From Octopus vulgaris (lineage: Eukaryota): a stretch of 64,000 nucleotides of DNA. Position numbers and translations under genes: made by a program. Shown one piece after another: positions 43,573-55,499 of the stretch. Every line of letters begins with the position of its first letter. Position 1 is the first letter of the stretch. The stretch is taken from positions 5,828,001 to 5,892,000 of the forward strand of contig OX597824.1 in NCBI GenBank assembly GCA_951406725.2, written 5' to 3'. The notes under the pieces were generated by a model. That model ran no database searches. It had not been told where the DNA came from and worked only from the letters and a program-made list of their open reading frames with translations.

Positions 43573-43826
43573 AACACACTACCAGTGTGTCTAAAATTTA
43601 CAGAGTCTAGACAAACGGGGAATGGTAACACCTGCAATATTGTACTTCATGGAGATTTTGTCTTAGGTGTTCCTTCAAGTAACTTAAGGCAAATAAATGA
43701 CTTGCGCAGAGGGTTGATGTAATCCTTGTGTAATTGTCTACTTTTCCCGGAAGCATGTCACAACATAATATTTAAAGTTGTTATAAATACAATATTTCAC
43801 ACGCGCACGTACACTTGAAAACACGC

Positions 43827-43866
<40 letters not shown>

Positions 43867-43939
43867 GCACACCACACACACACACACACACACACACACG
43901 TATCATGCACAGGATTTTCTGAGAAGTGAATTATTACCA

Positions 43940-44730
43940 AGACTTTGATGAGTAAATTTAACAATTCGTGTAAAATTTATTAGATTCTCCTGAGTAAATA
44001 TCAGGCATTTGAACATATCTAGCGTTGATACGTCCAGTTTGAACTTCACATTCTCTGTTAATTCTACCAGCAAATGTGATGCAGTCCTCCCCGTTGTTCT
44101 TTTCTAGGTTCAAATACTTCCAGTGTGTATTGAACAACGAACTTTTCTTATTAAAAATTCTACACAATATATCTATTTTATCTTTAGATCATATCAGAAC
44201 GTTTTTTCGGGAGTATGTAATTGCTGTACCGTTCATGTTCTCCAGCCGCCAGTTGTCTTAGGAATAGACGTGTTTTCATATCGTCGTCTCAATCTTTGCA
44301 CCCTTTATTGAAGATCTGGTCGTGTCTTCTAAAGTACGCCTCGAAGGTGATTCCTTCGTTAGGTTCATGCTTAAATACCGATATTGGGTTTGCAACATAA
44401 TCTAGCGAGAACATCTTTTCAGTATTTTTGGGATGACTTATTATCCATTAATTGCAGCATTTGTTGTTGTAATAGTAATTGCTGTCGTTGTTGTTCTTAC
44501 AGCTGTTGTTGTAGCTGTTTTTGCAACTCGAGCAAACCGCAAACCGGCCCGAAAATCTTCCATAATTTTACGATTTTGTATCTCGTAAAATTCACAAAAA
44601 AACTTCTGTGCGTTTCGTAACTCCTTGTGATTTTGTTAATTCCTCGGGATTTTCTTAATTCCTTGTCACTGTTGTAATCCAACGTCGGAATAATATCACA
44701 TCCACTCCGGTATAACAGAATAGTCAGTTA
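43940..44730 (-). mobile_element. Gypsy-type LTR retrotransposon relic: LTR end, PBS-like site and N-terminal gag
   Basis: Minus strand: ..GGATTACAACA then degenerate PBS GTGACAAGGA (~44660-44669); Q-rich start, then FSLDYVANPISVFKHEPNEGITFEAYFRRHDQIFNKGCKD*DDDMKTRLFLRQLAAGEHERYSNYILPKK and, after a frameshift, CRIFNKKSSLFNTHWKYLNLEKNNGEDCITFAGRINRECE, typical of invertebrate Gypsy gag. Confidence 0.8.
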
Positions 44731-44884
44731 ATTGAGCTTTAATTATTGATAGGAACACGTTTTTTTTTCAACTCTAAGATAATCTGCTACGTTTAAGGGA
44801 TGGATGACACAGGGCCATTAGGTCGAACAGCAGAGTATGTATGTATGTATGTATGTATGTATGTATGTATGTATGTATGTGTGT

Positions 44885-45065
44885 GTAACTTTTCTTTTCT
44901 TCTATTTCCGACGAAGTGCTATGCTCGAAATGTTAAAAGCCTACACTTCTTTCTAACTTTACTAAGCCTCAAGCTAAAACATCCCATGTCTACGTCCTTT
45001 TTGTTGTTTTGCTACCTGATATTTTTACTGTTGTATATATCTCAAAACCGTAATGTTGTTTAAAG
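44885..45065 (+). mobile_element. Penelope-like terminal fragment with a degenerate minimal hammerhead-like motif (44905-44937)
   Basis: TTT-CCGACGA-A-GTGC-TAT-GCTC-GAAA-TGTT-AAA followed by a pyrimidine-rich tail; abuts (TATG)n. Confidence 0.45.
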
Positions 45066-45204
45066 AGATATCTGAATATAAATACATTCATTTGCAAATG
45101 TGCAGATAATACCTTTTCTTCCATAATATACGCGCACATATGTACACACATTGTCTCATCAATATTTCATGATGCAACGCCTTCACTCTCAATATATATA
45201 TATG

Positions 45205-45238
<34 letters not shown>

Positions 45239-46026
45239 CGTGCGTGTGTGCATGTGTGTGTGTTTGCGTGTGTGTGTGTGTCTGTGTCTGTGTGTGTTTG
45301 TGTGTATAAATGCCAAGCAGGATGCACAAGTATTCTATTTTATCCTCAATCTCACCGCAAACCTGATAGCTATGAAAGAACGTCGTGCTCACAAAACGAC
45401 GTGACAAAAGTCTGCACTGTAACTTAAAGAATCGATTATATCGATGCGTATTGGAATATATTTAGACAAAGATATATCTCTCGGAACAAAGTTGTCATTA
45501 TTTTTACGAATAAAACATGAATTCGATAAAATTATTTGTAGTCTAATGGCTCTGTTCTTATTTCAGTTGGTGTAGGTAACTCCACCGATACAAGGATAGC
45601 GAAATATAATATATATTCAGAATAAATAGATTTTCGATCACAATAACTGAATAATACGAGCAACACGTTGAAGATGTCGTGAGAGAAGCTGATTTCAAAT
45701 GCTTCAATAGACAACACATTGAAGGTAATTACAGGTCCCAATATTGATTATTTCCTTGTCAGGTTCCCCTCTGTTCTTGTAGTGTTTATTCTATATATTT
45801 CTCTCAGTTTTTGGTCATATGCCACATTTTTTCTTATTTCGTTGTCATACTCTCGAAATTTCACAACTCCTCTACAAACACACGTGTGTGTGTGAGTGTG
45901 TATATGTGTGTGTGTGTGTTTGCGTTTTTGTCTCTAGCTACTTTTCTCAAGAACATGCATAAGCAGGTACAAGCATACATGTGTGATTTGCGTGTATGTA
46001 TGAATTTATATATATACATAGCAAAA

Positions 46027-46167
46027 ACTGTCCGATGAACGGCAACGGGAAACTCACAGTAACAGGTTTTGTTGAATTTTCTGCTGCTTTAAATAAAGCA
46101 TATTACTCTACCACTGGTATTTGAGTACTCTTTCTTCCACCATGTTTCACATTTATGTGTTTACTCC

Positions 46168-46170
<3 letters not shown>
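46027..46170 (+). mobile_element. Penelope-like terminal fragment beginning with a minimal hammerhead-like motif (46027-46060)
   Basis: ACTGT-CCGATGA-ACG-GCAA-CGG-GAAA-CTC-ACAGT; AATAAA downstream; runs into (TA)n. Confidence 0.5.
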
Positions 46171-46203
<33 letters not shown>

Positions 46204-46276
46204 TAAATAGATAGACAGACAGATGAATATATAGATAGACAGATAGATGGATAGACAGATAGATATACATATATAC

Positions 46277-46332
<56 letters not shown>

Positions 46333-46841
46333 ATACATATGTGTGTAAATATATGTATGTATATTCACGTGCATATACGTATGTTTATATTAAAAATTAA
46401 TTATAACAAGTGACCTATAAGTGACATGTACTTCTGCATTCTTGCACGAATAAATTAGTACGACTTCAATTGGGTCAATCTGATTTCTGAACTTAATAGT
46501 GCTTCCCCTTGATATAAATCAAAAGCCCAAACATAATTCTATATAGAGGCACACACACACGCACGCACACACACACACATAAACACACACACACATGCGC
46601 GCGCACCTACATATGGATGTATATGTGGCTCACACTACTTCCATTTAAACTCCGAATTCAATCAAAAATAGATGCAAAACGTTTCTCTCTTCAGTCATTT
46701 GCAGACAACATTCAAAACCGATGCATCATTATAGAGTACAATTCGTGTGCCGAAACATTTGCAGATAAATTATGTGGCGTCAAATTGATAGTTTATTCAA
46801 CAGTCTCGTATACCGGTGGTGAAAGATTCCATCTCCCGCCG

Positions 46842-47063
<222 letters not shown>

Positions 47064-47065
<2 letters not shown>

Positions 47066-47880
47066 CGCTTCCGATGGCTGGAATGTCGTCAGTTACATAT
47101 TTTAATTTTTCGTATGCGCAGTGTTTGCTTTTGAGACACAGTATCGTAGGGTCAGTTGGTCACCGCTTCTGACAAAAACTGCACAACGATGCTATTCGCT
47201 CTACCAGATATTTGGAAATGGCATGCTGTGCTGAGAGCAATCTGAGGACTTGTACCGAGCGTGATAAATATCAAATATCCAGTCAACATCATGGTGTCTG
47301 TAGTAATCACTAGGGATGGTGACGTTATGCCTCCTTTCCTCTTCCCACAGAACCTCAGCCTCAACACCGAAGCCTATATCAAGTGCCTGCAGGAGTTAGT
47401 GCTGCCGTGGATCAAGAGGATGGCTGCTGGAAGACCCTGTGTCTAGCAACACGACTCTACGCCATGCCACCCAAACAGGAGGAACCAGTCGTGGTTATCA
47501 GACAAGTTCTACTACCACATCACCCTGACATCTGGCCACCTAACTCTCCACACTGCCTTCCTCTTAATTATTGTGTGTGGGGCAACGTTGAGCGAGAGAC
47601 CAATAAAACCCCTCGTAACACCAAAGGTGGACTGAAGGCAAGGATTACTGCAGCATTCGCCAAGTTGAGCAAGGAGAATGACCACAAGAGTTGCAGGAGA
47701 TTCCGAAGCCGTCTGGGGGCTGTGGTTGAATCCAATAGCGATTTTATTAAATAAAATTACACTTTAATATTTCAAGATATTCTTATGTAATTTTGGTGAA
47801 TATATCTGTTAAAATGAGATGTCAGTGTTTATTTCATTCTTTGCGTAGTTTAGACGACGGTTAATTCACCGCACCCTCTA
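47064..47880 (+). mobile_element. Internally deleted Tc1/mariner-superfamily transposon, DD37D (maT-like), pseudogenised transposase
   Basis: KYPVNIMVSVVITRDGDVMPPFLFPQNLSLNTEAYIKCLQELVLPWIK..V*QHDSTPCH..(frameshift)..WPPNSPHCLPLNYCVWGNVE..RFRSRLGAVVESNSDFIK; 37 residues from the D of QHD to the LN(D)Y position after repairing one frameshift; ends TTCACCGCACCCTCTA. Confidence 0.88.
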
Positions 47881-47889
47881 TATCTATCA

Positions 47890-47979
<90 letters not shown>

Positions 47980-48005
47980 ATGTATATATCTCTCTCTCTC
48001 CATCT

Positions 48006-48078
<73 letters not shown>
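47880..48078. repeat. (TATC)n/(TC)n/(TA)n microsatellite
   Basis: Directly visible. Confidence 0.96.
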
Positions 48079-48083
<5 letters not shown>

Positions 48084-48155
48084 TTACTATAAAATTGGAA
48101 TCAATCCTAAATCTGATTTTTCCCTGTAAATTTGGATTTATTCCCTAATATTTAT

Positions 48156-48208
<53 letters not shown>

Positions 48209-48999
48209 ATAGATAGATATGCCAGTGCGCACGCGCAGTACTTGTGTATGCTCGCGAGTCGTGTGGGTGTGTGTTTGTGTCTGTGCCTGTGTGCGTACCC
48301 TATAAGAAATCATTCCTGAATACATAAAATTGACATAAATTAGGTACTTCATCTGTACTGCATACCCCTAAAAATTAAATAACCTTTATATATAATAAGC
48401 GTATCCCCCCCACCATTATATCTATTTCAAGACCTTTTCTAAGAAACTCCATTAATATGAATAAAATTATTCGCCGAGCCTTACACGCTCCACAAATTCG
48501 CTGCACGTATATTTTTAATAAAAATGCATCTTCACTTTTCTTTGATATTTATAAGCTCGAACCTTTCTGACCTATTCATATCTAAAATACAAATATTCTT
48601 ATATCTATAATTTTACGCAATGCAATATGAGAGTTTATTTTCACGTAATGAAATGTGAGGGGAAAGCGTGAGAGCTATTTTCGCATGGTGTTGATCATTC
48701 ATGAGTGTGAATGAAAATATGAAAGAAACCATAGGCTCATTCATATATCAAAAGGGTGGACAAATTCCCTGCACCAAAACTTCCCTTTATAATTTTATTT
48801 CATGTAAATATCTAAAGAGTTTCCTTTAAATTATTTCAAACTATACAGCGTCTTCAATATCTTTACAAATATCACTTCGAATATTTTACATATTTATTAC
48901 ATCTTCGATTTTCTTAGCAAAACTTATTCGTGAATATTAAATATCTGATCTTACTCTTTACAATATTGATAAATTCCACAATTAATTGGCGATAGAAAA

Positions 49000-49142
49000 C
49001 GAGGAGTTTGGCAGAATGGTTACCAAACCCGACAAAAGCGTTGCGGCATTTATATTCTGAGTTCCAATACCAACAATATCGACTTTCCCTTTCATGTTTT
49101 CGGGAATCGGGTGAATGAGTACCTACTGAGTGCTATGGCCGA
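49000..49142 (+). mobile_element. Old family B SINE fragment
   Basis: TGGCAGAATGGTTA, TTCTGAGTTCCAATACC, TCGACTTTCCCTTTCAT. Confidence 0.6.
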
Positions 49143-49145
49143 TGA

Positions 49146-49225
49146 ATCATCATTTAACGGCCTGTTAAAAAAAATATCACATTTAAGAATGTAATATGTT
49201 TTTTAACATGCCGTTAAATGATGAT
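49146..49225. repeat. 38-bp inverted repeat with a 4-nt loop
   Basis: ATCATCATTTAACGGCCTGTTAAAAAAAATATCACATT-TAAG-AATGTAATATGTTTTTTAACATGCCGTTAAATGATGAT, 3 mismatches. Confidence 0.93.
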
Positions 49226-49363
49226 AAATGATATTTATAATCAAATGAATTCCTGAAAACTTCTTCATTATCCCACGCCATTGCCAGCTCACAATAAATA
49301 TATAGGCATTTTTTACGTTAATGTTTTTACTACTAAATATACATTTTAACAGTCATGCCTGTT

Positions 49364-49501
<138 letters not shown>

Positions 49502-50099
49502 TATAAGGCACTATTCCGCGATGGTAAGATGAACAAAAACTACTCCATTTGGTGAGAAATTAATATTAATTAATGAACACATATGACAACGGATCAAAAA
49601 CATTTTAAGCTGTGCGTAGCTGAAAGACCACAGATATTTTTCAGATCTAACAATTCCACCGCACTGCTGAATTCCAGATCTGAAATTTTCATCGGATGTA
49701 AACATACCGACAGGTTCCGGATGGCGAATTAGAAAACACCACCGTTTGCAAATTGAGCTGCTGTACCGCAGACTCTAGGCTGCTATCCATTCAGCCATAT
49801 GACTTTACGGTCAAAGGCAACATAACTGTAATTCTGCTTCGTTTTTCTTATTACTTTTTCGTTGCACTGTGTTTCCAACGATCCACCTTTTACATCTACT
49901 ATTCTCTAGCCTTCTCTCGTATATTCTTTTGTTTTTGTATCGTTGTTTTAGCTTGTTATGCTATGTGGCCACAACTTGAAAAATGCTTGAACGCACCAGA
50001 TAGCATATGAAATGCTATCTAAATTGTTTCTTCGCATGAAATTAGTTTGTCATAAAAATATATACTGTATTCTTTTTTGAAAATTGTGTGTATATATAT

Positions 50100-50222
<123 letters not shown>

Positions 50223-50945
50223 TAGAAAAGATTGCTATTTTAATATTTTAATATTCATTCGCTTCTCCTTTCAAAGGTGTGCATATACATATATTTGAAT
50301 TCATTTCATTTTTTAAACAAATTATCAATAACCCTCTAAGTTTTTATCGAGTTCTTTCTACATATTTTTTTTATGTATATATGCTAGCAGTTAGAGAAAA
50401 AATACCTATGTTGTAACATTTAATCAATACCAAACTAATACGTGGAGAGAGGCTAATTGACATTTTTACAGAAAACATTCCTATAGCATGAAATCGAATC
50501 TATTTAAAAATACTTTAAGAGATGACCATCAATTTTATTAGAAATCTGATGTGGCTGGCAACGTTTTTTAACATAAAAGCAACAATCTGAATAATGGTCG
50601 TAAACACTGATTTAAATTCAATAAATGTTCATGGAACAAAGTTATTACGAGAAAGCATTTGAAAATAGGCTATTCTTATCAAGATAAAAGCCAAGAGGAA
50701 TAATAATGACTTAGAATCGGCACAAAAACAAATAGGTATTAGCTTTCTTTGACATGACAGAACCAGAATACAAATACTTATACCAATGCCATGTTACTAA
50801 TTCTTTTACCAACAACTGCCACAGACCAGAATACCATAAACGAGCAAAACACTAAAAAATATAAAAAATTGATATGGATTTTCAACAAGAACATTGTAAA
50901 TGCACTTAGCACATTTTAATATCAATGTCGTTCTGGTATATCAAC

Positions 50946-51172
50946 TTCTTTACTACCCACAAAGGGGCTAAACAGACAGAGGACAAAAAAGGACAGACAC
51001 ACGGATTAAGTCGATTATATCGACCCCAGTGCGTAACTGGTACTTATTTAATCGACCCCGAAAGGATGAAAGGCAAAGTCGACCTCGGCGGAATTTGAAC
51101 TCAGTGCGTAACGGCAGACGAAATACCGCAAAGCATTTCGCCCGGCGTGCTAACGTTTCTGCCAGTTCGCCT
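50946..51172 (-). mobile_element. SINE family B, young monomer
   Basis: Near-exact reverse complement of 18332-18557. Confidence 0.92.
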
Positions 51173-51325
51173 CCGTCTTTTTAATTTGAGTTCAAATACC
51201 ACCGAATTCATATAGCATCCTCTCGGGGTCGATTATATAATTACCTTGAGGTACTGGGGTAGATGAAATCAACCTGCCGCCTCCCTCGGAATTACTGGGC
51301 TTGTTCTAAAATTTGAAACTAATAT
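51173..51325 (+). mobile_element. Old family B SINE body, head-to-head with the young copy
   Basis: CCGTCTTT..TGAGTTCAAATACC, CATCCTCTCGGGGTCGAT, GGGCTTGTTCTAAAATTTGAAACTAATA. Confidence 0.7.
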
Positions 51326-52654
51326 CAAAGGCTTTAGTTACAAAATCAGACGGAAACACTATATTCGCTCGATTAACCCCGCACAATCGATAAAACTGAA
51401 TCAAACAGAATACCTTCAAACTTTGAACGTGTGTCGCTACTACCAAATGCTCTCAGCTGATAAAAACTAATGCAAGATTTTGTAGGTTGATATAGACATT
51501 ATGCTTCAAACAACTAATCTCTCTACTATCGTGGGTTTTATTGTTCCAAAGCCCCGCCGGGATAACTACAAATCTTCGAAGGCGAAGTAGAAACGATATT
51601 GCATTGTACTCTTTATATTTTATATTTTATTTTTATAATTTGTATATATTTATTTTATCATAGATGCAAAACAACACCACGGAGGAATGGACATAAGTTT
51701 AAATAATAAACCGCGATCGGTCAATTGACAGGAAATATATATTTGCTGTATGCTAGAAGATTATTTTAACATTACGACAACCCTGCTAACGACATGGTAG
51801 TTGCAGCATATGAAATATTGCATAAAATATTTAACACTTCTTTACATTTCATCTCACAAACTGAGAAAACTCTCAATTCCTCTCACAAACTACGTGGCCA
51901 TCCTCGAAATATTATTAAATATTAACTCCTATCGCCCGGATATAGAACTATGTAAAACTCAGAACTGATTCTGCTACATTTTAAAACCTGACCATAACAA
52001 AACATATCTAAAATAATCTGCTAAACTTATAAAAAGACAATAAAATTAATGAGTTCGTCATTTTCTGACTATCACCATCACAAAACCACAGCAAGCAATT
52101 TCTCTGAATTATACCTCGATTTACTGTTTAGACAAATTTACTAGTACGTTAATTTTGCTTATAGATAGTAAACATAGACATTTTATGAATAGAGTTTTTA
52201 TGACGAGTATGTTTCACATCCCCATATGATAATTGGTAGCCATTACATATCTTGCATATAAACAACATTTGTTAAGTAAATGTTAGGTTTCCTATTCGGA
52301 GTTAGAAAGATTAACACTGAAGTACGGCGGATACAATACATGGTTAGCTTACTCCGTTCAGATCTGTTGAAGTTTCAAATTTCTATCACAGATTATGGCT
52401 ACAAAATTTATCGATCATTTCAACTTTTATGATTTCCTATTGTTGTGAGGCTATTGAATATTTCAAGTTTTGTTATGTACTTCTTCCTTTTATATTATAT
52501 TTGCCATTGAATACCGCCAAAAAAATAGTAAAATACGGTATGGTATTGAAATACCCTTTTAAAAATCGAAAACGAAGTAGACTTCGTTTTAAGACAGGTG
52601 CATTTTCACCTGCTAAATGAATTCTACATTCTCACTTGTTTAGCAGGAAACTTT

Positions 52655-53110
52655 TGTCCCACAAAGAAGAAAATACTTCCGTTGAACTATTGAGAAACAT
52701 ACAGTTACTCAACCCAGATTACATGTTCAGGTTTATACCTGTATTTATTGGGGCAGTGAGATATGTAACACCCTGCTTAAGTACCATTCTTGAGAAATTA
52801 GGCTACTCAAAACCGGTAACGAAAAATATGGTTCGAAGTCTACGGATCCAAGCCATCACCTGAACAGTAAAAATATGTAAAACTTACTAGAAGCTTATCA
52901 TTTATGTATATATGACCATGTGTAGACATGCAAGTATAAACGTTAATATACATACAACCAAACATACAAACTGTACATATATATACATACATAGAAAAAT
53001 ACCCTGCTCCTGCTGGTATTGTTGAACTTCCAAGGAAGGAACTTTGAATCTCGATTTGAAATCAGCGCTTTCTCTATTGACAAGAAATATTCAAATAAAG
53101 CCATAAAATG
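52655..53110 (+). mobile_element. 3' end of an RLE-type (R4/NeSL-like) non-LTR retrotransposon with its 3' UTR
   Basis: KEENTSVELLRNIQLLNPDYMFRFIPVFIGAVRYVTPCLSTILEKLGYSKPVTKNMVRSLRIQAIT*TVKICKT matches the K..Y..L...IPVIIGALG...LEKLG..LQ pattern of the restriction-like endonuclease C-terminus; AATAAA then (CATA)n. Confidence 0.75.
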
Positions 53111-53185
53111 ACATACATAACTACATACATACATGCATACATAAATACATACATACATACATACATACATACATACATACATACA

Positions 53186-53255
<70 letters not shown>

Positions 53256-53261
53256 TATTAC

Positions 53262-53618
53262 GGAGATGTACTTGCATAGCAAGTGATTTGATCTGAGATC
53301 GTGTATTGAAACGAAAACAATTGCAGCGTGGAAGGTTTTTGTAAGCCATTTAAGAAACACACAGAAGCCGTTCGATTCACTTCAACACTTAAGTTTAATT
53401 TGTCAAAATATGTTCGTCGCTTTAAGACCGCGACCTGTTCACTGACAAAAATCCGTGCTGCATCTGAGATTTTTGCATCTGACAATTTTGTCAGTGAACA
53501 GGTCGCGGTCTTAAAGCGACGAAAATATTTTGACAAATTAAACTTAAATGTTGAAGTGAATCGAACAGCTTTTGTGTGTTTCTTAAATGGCTTACAAACA
53601 CCTTCCACGCTGCAATTG

Positions 53619-53620
<2 letters not shown>
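53262..53620. mobile_element. Palindromic Penelope-like terminal element with 135-bp inverted arms, between (TA)n tracts
   Basis: 53316-53450 versus 53486-53620, about 5 mismatches, 35-nt spacer; a second family member lies at 1840-2083. Confidence 0.85.
53487..53537 (+). ncRNA. Candidate minimal type-I hammerhead ribozyme, G3:C8 core variant
   Basis: Stem I TTTGTCA/TGACAAA; core GTGAACA plus one extra G; stem II GTCGC/GCGAC; GAAA; self-complementary AAAATATTTT stem III region; predicted UUU cleavage triplet. Confidence 0.55.
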
Positions 53621-53669
<49 letters not shown>

Positions 53670-54163
53670 TATGCATACAAATTTGTATATATATGTATGT
53701 ATGAACGAATATATATATATAGATATATAAATACATATATTCATATGTCTATGTGTGTGTACATGCGTGTGTGCACACACCTGGATTTGATATCTGTTGA
53801 ACTATTTCTCTGAGAAACTGCAAAACTAATAGATCTTAGCCATAACCGTCTAAGTTGTTATTTTTAGTGATATCATTTGCTTTAAAATGTTTTATATAAT
53901 GGAAACTTCAAAGATCAATTATTTAATTTGTTTTTATCTTGAGTAACAAACCAGATCCCGCGAACAACCGACTTATTTCCTCAAACAATTATTTCATAGT
54001 ATGTGTTTATCAAATTTGTTATTCTTTCCTTTTGTTGTTTTCAAACGAGTGCTCATGAGAAGGCATTGAAAGTTATGCCAGACGAACCGAAACCGATAAT
54101 CAGTCAACCAATATTCCGTACATTTTGCAGAAGTTTTAATAGATACATTGCATTGTTCGACTT

Positions 54164-54222
<59 letters not shown>

Positions 54223-54227
<5 letters not shown>

Positions 54228-54403
54228 TATATTATATAGAGGGCAGTTTTACACATAAATGCCACACGCTAGGAGGGACTTTTAAAGTCATAACTACCAA
54301 AAATAAACAAATCGTTTGTTTATTTTTGGTAGTTATGACTTTAAAAGTCCCTCCTAGCGTGTGGCATTTTTGTGTAATAATGCCCTCTATATAATATAAA
54401 TAA
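54223..54403. repeat. Near-perfect palindrome, 89-bp arms, 3-nt loop
   Basis: 54223-54311 versus 54315-54403; inner 55 bp perfect, 3 mismatches in total; lies in a short element between (TA)n tracts. Confidence 0.95.
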
Positions 54404-54499
54404 ATATTTTCAAGTGAAAAAATTTACAGATTTTTTTCTCTTATGAGGTTTTTCACGCTAACTACCTGATAATTTCTTATTAAGATTTTATCCTATTTT

Positions 54500-54568
<69 letters not shown>

Positions 54569-55254
54569 CCATCGGCAGTAGCTTTAAAATTGCTAGATTC
54601 CTCAATCCGTTATCAGTTATAGATTTAAAGATATGCACCCAGCGAGTGATATAAAAGACAAATATTACAAAATAATCGCTATTCATTTTCAAGACGCATC
54701 TAAGATATTAAAGATTAAGGTGAACATATCTCGTGCAGCTTAGACTAAACGTATTGGCAGATAAGCCCATAGCCTTTAATTAGACCAAGGAAAATATAAT
54801 GCTCACTCATATGGTTTCAATAATTAACTTGTTTCATACTTGGACAGTATAGTCTGTCTGTAAGATATTCTTTAGTTCACGTACTTAATTAAACAATTAT
54901 GTTAACACATATTATTAAGCATGTTATCCACCGCAAACTATAAATTTTGTTCGAGGAAACACGGAGAAGTCTAATGAGGACATTCGTAAAACAAAGCGTT
55001 TTATGTTTCGGCGGTGCAATATTTTATCGATTTGAAAGGGTGAAAGGTAAATGTCAAGTGAGAATATATGAGACCATACAATAAAGAGAGGGAACTATTT
55101 ATTGTAACGGTCTAAAATTCCACAAATTTTGAAGCTCTCTCTTTTCATATATATATATATATATATATACACATACATAATATAAATATACATATATACA
55201 TATACATATATGCATGTATTTCCCTGGCTGGCTCTGTATGTCTGTCTCTCTCTA

Positions 55255-55301
<47 letters not shown>

Positions 55302-55306
<5 letters not shown>

Positions 55307-55473
55307 AGTTAAGTTAATTTTTGGGGCTCAAAAAGCAAAAACCAAGGCCATGTATGGGGACATGGAATTATGTACAGAGAGGGTGTTCATGCAAAGAGTT
55401 CAGGCCATTTCTGGTCAAGAGAGACTTTGAACCGAGCGGTCGTCGGCATCTTCACTATCTCGTCCGGCAGCTT
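55302..55473 (-). mobile_element. CR1-type LINE 3' end (5'-truncated) inserted in (TA)n
   Basis: Minus strand encodes KLPDEIVKMPTTARFKVSLDQKWPELFA* (cf. CR1 ORF2 end WNxLPxEVV..FKxxLDxxW), short 3' UTR and (AACTT)n tail. Confidence 0.82.
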
Positions 55474-55499
55474 ATATATATATATATATATGTACATAT

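Noticed and set aside
48230-48850. Possible Helentron/DINE-like non-autonomous element
   Set aside because: No subterminal inverted repeats or defined ends could be identified
53258-53680. Mirror ORFs on both strands with near-identical peptides
   Set aside because: A consequence of the palindrome, not a gene pair
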